Shown piece after piece: positions 61,198 through 64,000 of a stretch of DNA of 64,000 nt. The notes beneath the pieces are model-generated. The model was not told the origin of the DNA. It saw nothing but the letters and a program-made list of their open reading frames with translations, and did no database searches. Where the stretch lies: the IMG/VR virus record IMGVR_UViG_3300027956_000006. One strand, given 5' to 3'. A program made the translations under genes and the position numbers. How positions within the stretch are numbered: position 1 is the first letter of the stretch; each line of letters begins with the position of its first letter. This DNA is from a virus.

Positions 61198-61354
61198 GTT
61201 GTTAAGCTCCTTTCTTTAAAAAACACATATTATTATTAATAATACTTATAAAGAAGATAACTATATATAGGCATAAGTATTATTATTAATAATTCCTTTG
61301 AAAAAAAACATATATATAAAGAAAAGTTATTTATTATAAAATAAATAAAAGACA

Positions 61355-61537
61355 CTACTTATACTTACTAAACTCTACTTCTGGAAAACTAGTTGGTTCA
61401 TCTAGATAAGTGTCAACCAAAGCTTCTATTATAATCCCATAAGGGATGTTACGTCGCGCAGAAAAAATCTTTAATTTAGTAAAGATCTCTTGACGCATAG
61501 TAAATGTCTTCTTCTGCTTCTTTACTTTGTCAGTCAT
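61355..61537 (-). CDS. Ribbon-helix-helix-like DNA-binding protein
   Basis: KKTFTMRQEIFTKLKIFSARRNIPYGIIIEALVDTYL. Confidence 0.6.
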   Translation of the reverse strand: MTDKVKKQKKTFTMRQEIFTKLKIFSARRNIPYGIIIEALVDTYLDEPTSFPEVEFSKYK

Positions 61538-61663
61538 GTTTCTCCAATCATTAAACCTAATAGAAAAAGAAGCATTTTTTGTTGTTTTAATTCAATCTCT
61601 TTTTCATCAGGTATTTCTTCTATCTCTTCAAAGTTAAACAAATCACCCATATTATGTCTTTCT

Positions 61664-61921
61664 TTAATATACATCTCCATTTAAAGTGATCTTATTGTTT
61701 TCATATAAGCTTAGTACTCTGCGATAAAATTCAAGTTTGGCGCATTCGAGTATACCAATAACTTCGTTATAAGTACTATAACTATTAGCACGATGATTCG
61801 CGTAAGCAATACATAGTTTAGTAATAACATAATTAAGATCACCCGGATCTTTAATATTGTCAACTAAAGCAGCAAGACCAGTTGCGAAGTTTGTTCTTGA
61901 CTCTTTTTTAATATAGGGCAT
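61664..61921 (-). CDS. Conserved phage protein (DUF6899-like)
   Basis: MPYI...PGDLNYVIT...NEVIGILECAKLEFYRR...NGDVY. Confidence 0.7.
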   Translation of the reverse strand: MPYIKKESRTNFATGLAALVDNIKDPGDLNYVITKLCIAYANHRANSYSTYNEVIGILECAKLEFYRRVLSLYENNKITLNGDVY

Positions 61922-61922
61922 A

Positions 61923-62822
61923 TTATGCTTTCCTCACTTCTTGTGTAAACATCTTAAATCCAGTAACAATACGCTGCCAAACTGTAGGTTTAACTGTTTG
62001 TTGCAAAGGTGCCGCTATGTTTTTGGGTAAAGAGTTTAATTTTAAAATTTCTTTAAACTGTTCTTTTGTTAAGTGAATATTGTGCTTTGTAGCTAGATGT
62101 TTTAAAATACGTGCCCGTACTTGGTGCGAGCCCTTATATTTTAATACTTCTATTAATTCATTAGTATTTAAAATAGGATAAGTATTAGTTGGTGTGTATA
62201 TATTACTATTCGCATTATATGGCTTGTTAATATGATATCGTATAGTAGTATATTTAGGCGACCATCCGAAGGTAGCTTTTAATTGTGTTTCAATAGCAGA
62301 AGTAGTGAAATGCTGTTTATGATAAAGCTGCATTATAGTGCTTATCATATTAAGAGGGACTTTCTTATATAGATGCGAAGATGTAGGAGATGTAGAAGAT
62401 GAAGAAGATCTGTCAGAAGTTGAAGAAGCGCTCTTTATATATCGATTGAATCTCTTCTGTTTATTTTTACGATAGTTCTTCGTTTTTGATGATGTCCAAT
62501 AAGATATAGTAGGAGAAGCAACTGTACGATTAAATTGCTGTTGGAATGCGGCAATAATTTCAGTATGTGTTTTAAATTGTTTACGTAAAGAGACAATAAA
62601 ATGTATCTGTTCTCTTGATAACCTTAGCGTTGTTTGATTTGAATTGAATCTAACAGCAGATACTTGTATAGTCGGGGTAGAAGGTAGCACTAACTGTTCT
62701 TCTTGATGTAAGACTGGGGATGGTGTTATTGTTGGGCTAGGAGAGAGAGTTGCTTCGATTATAGCGGGAGTTTCTACTTTAGGTGTTTCTGTGACTGATG
62801 TTTCTACTTTAACTTCTTCCAT
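61923..62822 (-). CDS. Basic protein with two HTH-like repeats; first gene after a strong promoter
   Basis: IIAAFQQQFNRTVASPTISYW / IETQLKATFGWSPKYTTIRYH; AGGAGG RBS. Confidence 0.55.
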   Translation of the reverse strand: MEEVKVETSVTETPKVETPAIIEATLSPSPTITPSPVLHQEEQLVLPSTPTIQVSAVRFNSNQTTLRLSREQIHFIVSLRKQFKTHTEIIAAFQQQFNRTVASPTISYWTSSKTKNYRKNKQKRFNRYIKSASSTSDRSSSSSTSPTSSHLYKKVPLNMISTIMQLYHKQHFTTSAIETQLKATFGWSPKYTTIRYHINKPYNANSNIYTPTNTYPILNTNELIEVLKYKGSHQVRARILKHLATKHNIHLTKEQFKEILKLNSLPKNIAAPLQQTVKPTVWQRIVTGFKMFTQEVRKA

Positions 62823-62870
62823 TTTACTTCCTCCTTTTATAAGGTTGGTTGTTTTTCTGATCGTAAGTGT

Positions 62871-62898
62871 ATTATAACATATTATCTGTTTTTGTCAA
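62871..62898 (-). promoter_or_regulatory. Consensus sigma70 promoter
   Basis: TTGACA-16-TATAAT with TG extension. Confidence 0.7.
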
Positions 62899-63140
62899 GA
62901 AATATTTATTTATGTATAGAGATCAAAAAAAATACTGGAAAAATTTTTATTAAACAGTTGCGTTTTTTCTGAAAAAAATTAAAAGAATTTTATAAGAAAA
63001 AAAAAGTGGGGGGTCTGTTGTCTTTTCTTTTTTATCTTTTGTTGTATCTTGTTTATATCATTGAATATTTAAAATACATTTTTTTGTTGAAAGTCTTATG
63101 AGCTATTTTTTTAAAAAAAAATATCCAAAGCTTTGAGCCT

Positions 63141-63180
63141 AACTATACTTAACTATACTTAACTATACTTAACTATAGTT
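63141..63180. repeat. 10-bp tandem repeat x4
   Basis: AACTATACTT x3 + AACTATAGTT. Confidence 0.9.
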
Positions 63181-63193
63181 ATCAACACTCATA

Positions 63194-63783
63194 AAAAAAT
63201 GCAAGCTATTTTTTATATTAATGCTTTGTGTTTTTATAATATGTTGAGTATCTTCTCTCTCTATAATAAAATATACACTTATGAATAAGCGTATATATAG
63301 CTATATAAAATAAAAAATATATGAGCAATGCTGTAACGCTCATTTATTTTTTAGCTGTTGACTTCACAGCTTTTTTTTGTGCTGTTGTGTTATCAACATG
63401 CTTGTTGATATACTTAACAGCATCATTTTGCAAAAAACGGGCAAGATTATCTGCACTTGTGCAATACGCTGTATTTTTACATAAGTGCTGTTTTTTAGCT
63501 TCACTATCGACTTTTAACTGCGAAGCTATTTTATAAGTCTTATGCAATTTATGCAAAAAAACTGCACGCTCTTTTGTCTTAAGCAAGTCTTCAACTTGCG
63601 AGCGTGTTAGTTTTGCACTATCAACACGCTTTGAATCGTTAGCAAAATACTTGATAGATTGCAAGACAACATTTTTATTTTTGTCTTGCTCAATATTAAT
63701 CTTCTCTCTTACTATCTCAACAACTTTTTTTGTACTCATTTTTTTTTCTCTCTCTGTGATATAAAAAATAGCTTGCATTTTTT
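63194..63783. repeat. Perfect 25-bp inverted repeat pair (63194-63218 / 63759-63783)
   Basis: AAAAAATGCAAGCTATTTTTTATAT and its reverse complement. Confidence 0.85.
63344..63739 (-). CDS. Lys-rich protein lacking Gly, Pro and Trp (likely start MSTKK)
   Basis: ORF track; AGAGAGAG upstream of ATG 63739. Confidence 0.65.
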   Translation of the reverse strand: MSTKKVVEIVREKINIEQDKNKNVVLQSIKYFANDSKRVDSAKLTRSQVEDLLKTKERAVFLHKLHKTYKIASQLKVDSEAKKQHLCKNTAYCTSADNLARFLQNDAVKYINKHVDNTTAQKKAVKSTAKK

Positions 63784-64000
63784 GCTTGCAAAATTAGCAC
63801 TACGCAACAAGCTTCTGTTAAGCTTCAACTGCTTATCGCTTTGAGTATGTTTTGTTATACATACATATATTAAAGAACTATGCTGTTATTATCTCATAAT
63901 GATATTTTAAGTCAAGTCTTTTTTTTAATATTTTTTATGTTATATTTTTTATCATAATTTTAGACTTATTGTAGTTACAATAAGTATCATATATGCAGTA

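Noticed and set aside
59533-63180. CRISPR array at the 17-bp or 10-bp repeats
   Set aside because: No spacers, units too short, no cas genes.
8035-63844. Remaining plus-strand ORFs in the track
   Set aside because: Nearly all overlap well-supported minus-strand genes and none shows a recognisable motif.
1-64000. Stop-codon reassignment
   Set aside because: Long genes are intact in the standard code, and TAG and TGA both end genes that abut the next start.

Overview
AT-rich segment of a large tailed dsDNA phage or prophage-like element; all supportable genes lie on the minus strand. In transcription order (right to left): (i) a GG/CC-free terminal stretch with one gene, repeats and promoters (62.9-64 kb); (ii) an accessory region of many short ORFs (43.7-62.8 kb: HD hydrolase, XRE HTH, OGG-type glycosylase, radical SAMs, truncated CoaD-like ORF) containing five tRNA-shaped RNA elements that share a GAUA(G/A) loop; (iii) a head module (putative TerS, intein-containing TerL, portal, degenerate ligase-AAA+ fusion, prohead protease/scaffold, decoration protein, major capsid); (iv) a ~25 kb glycan synthesis and modification cassette (9 glycosyltransferase genes, 8 methyltransferases, 5 NDP-sugar enzymes, ATP-grasp, HAD, radical SAM); (v) a >=1874-aa ORF absent from the ORF track (5622 to window edge), made of beta-rich modules joined by poly-serine linkers. 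Best candidates for new biology: a phage serine-rich-protein glycosylation system, the tRNA-like GAUAG RNA family, and the GG/CC-free end region. All functional calls come from motif recognition by eye; no searches were run.
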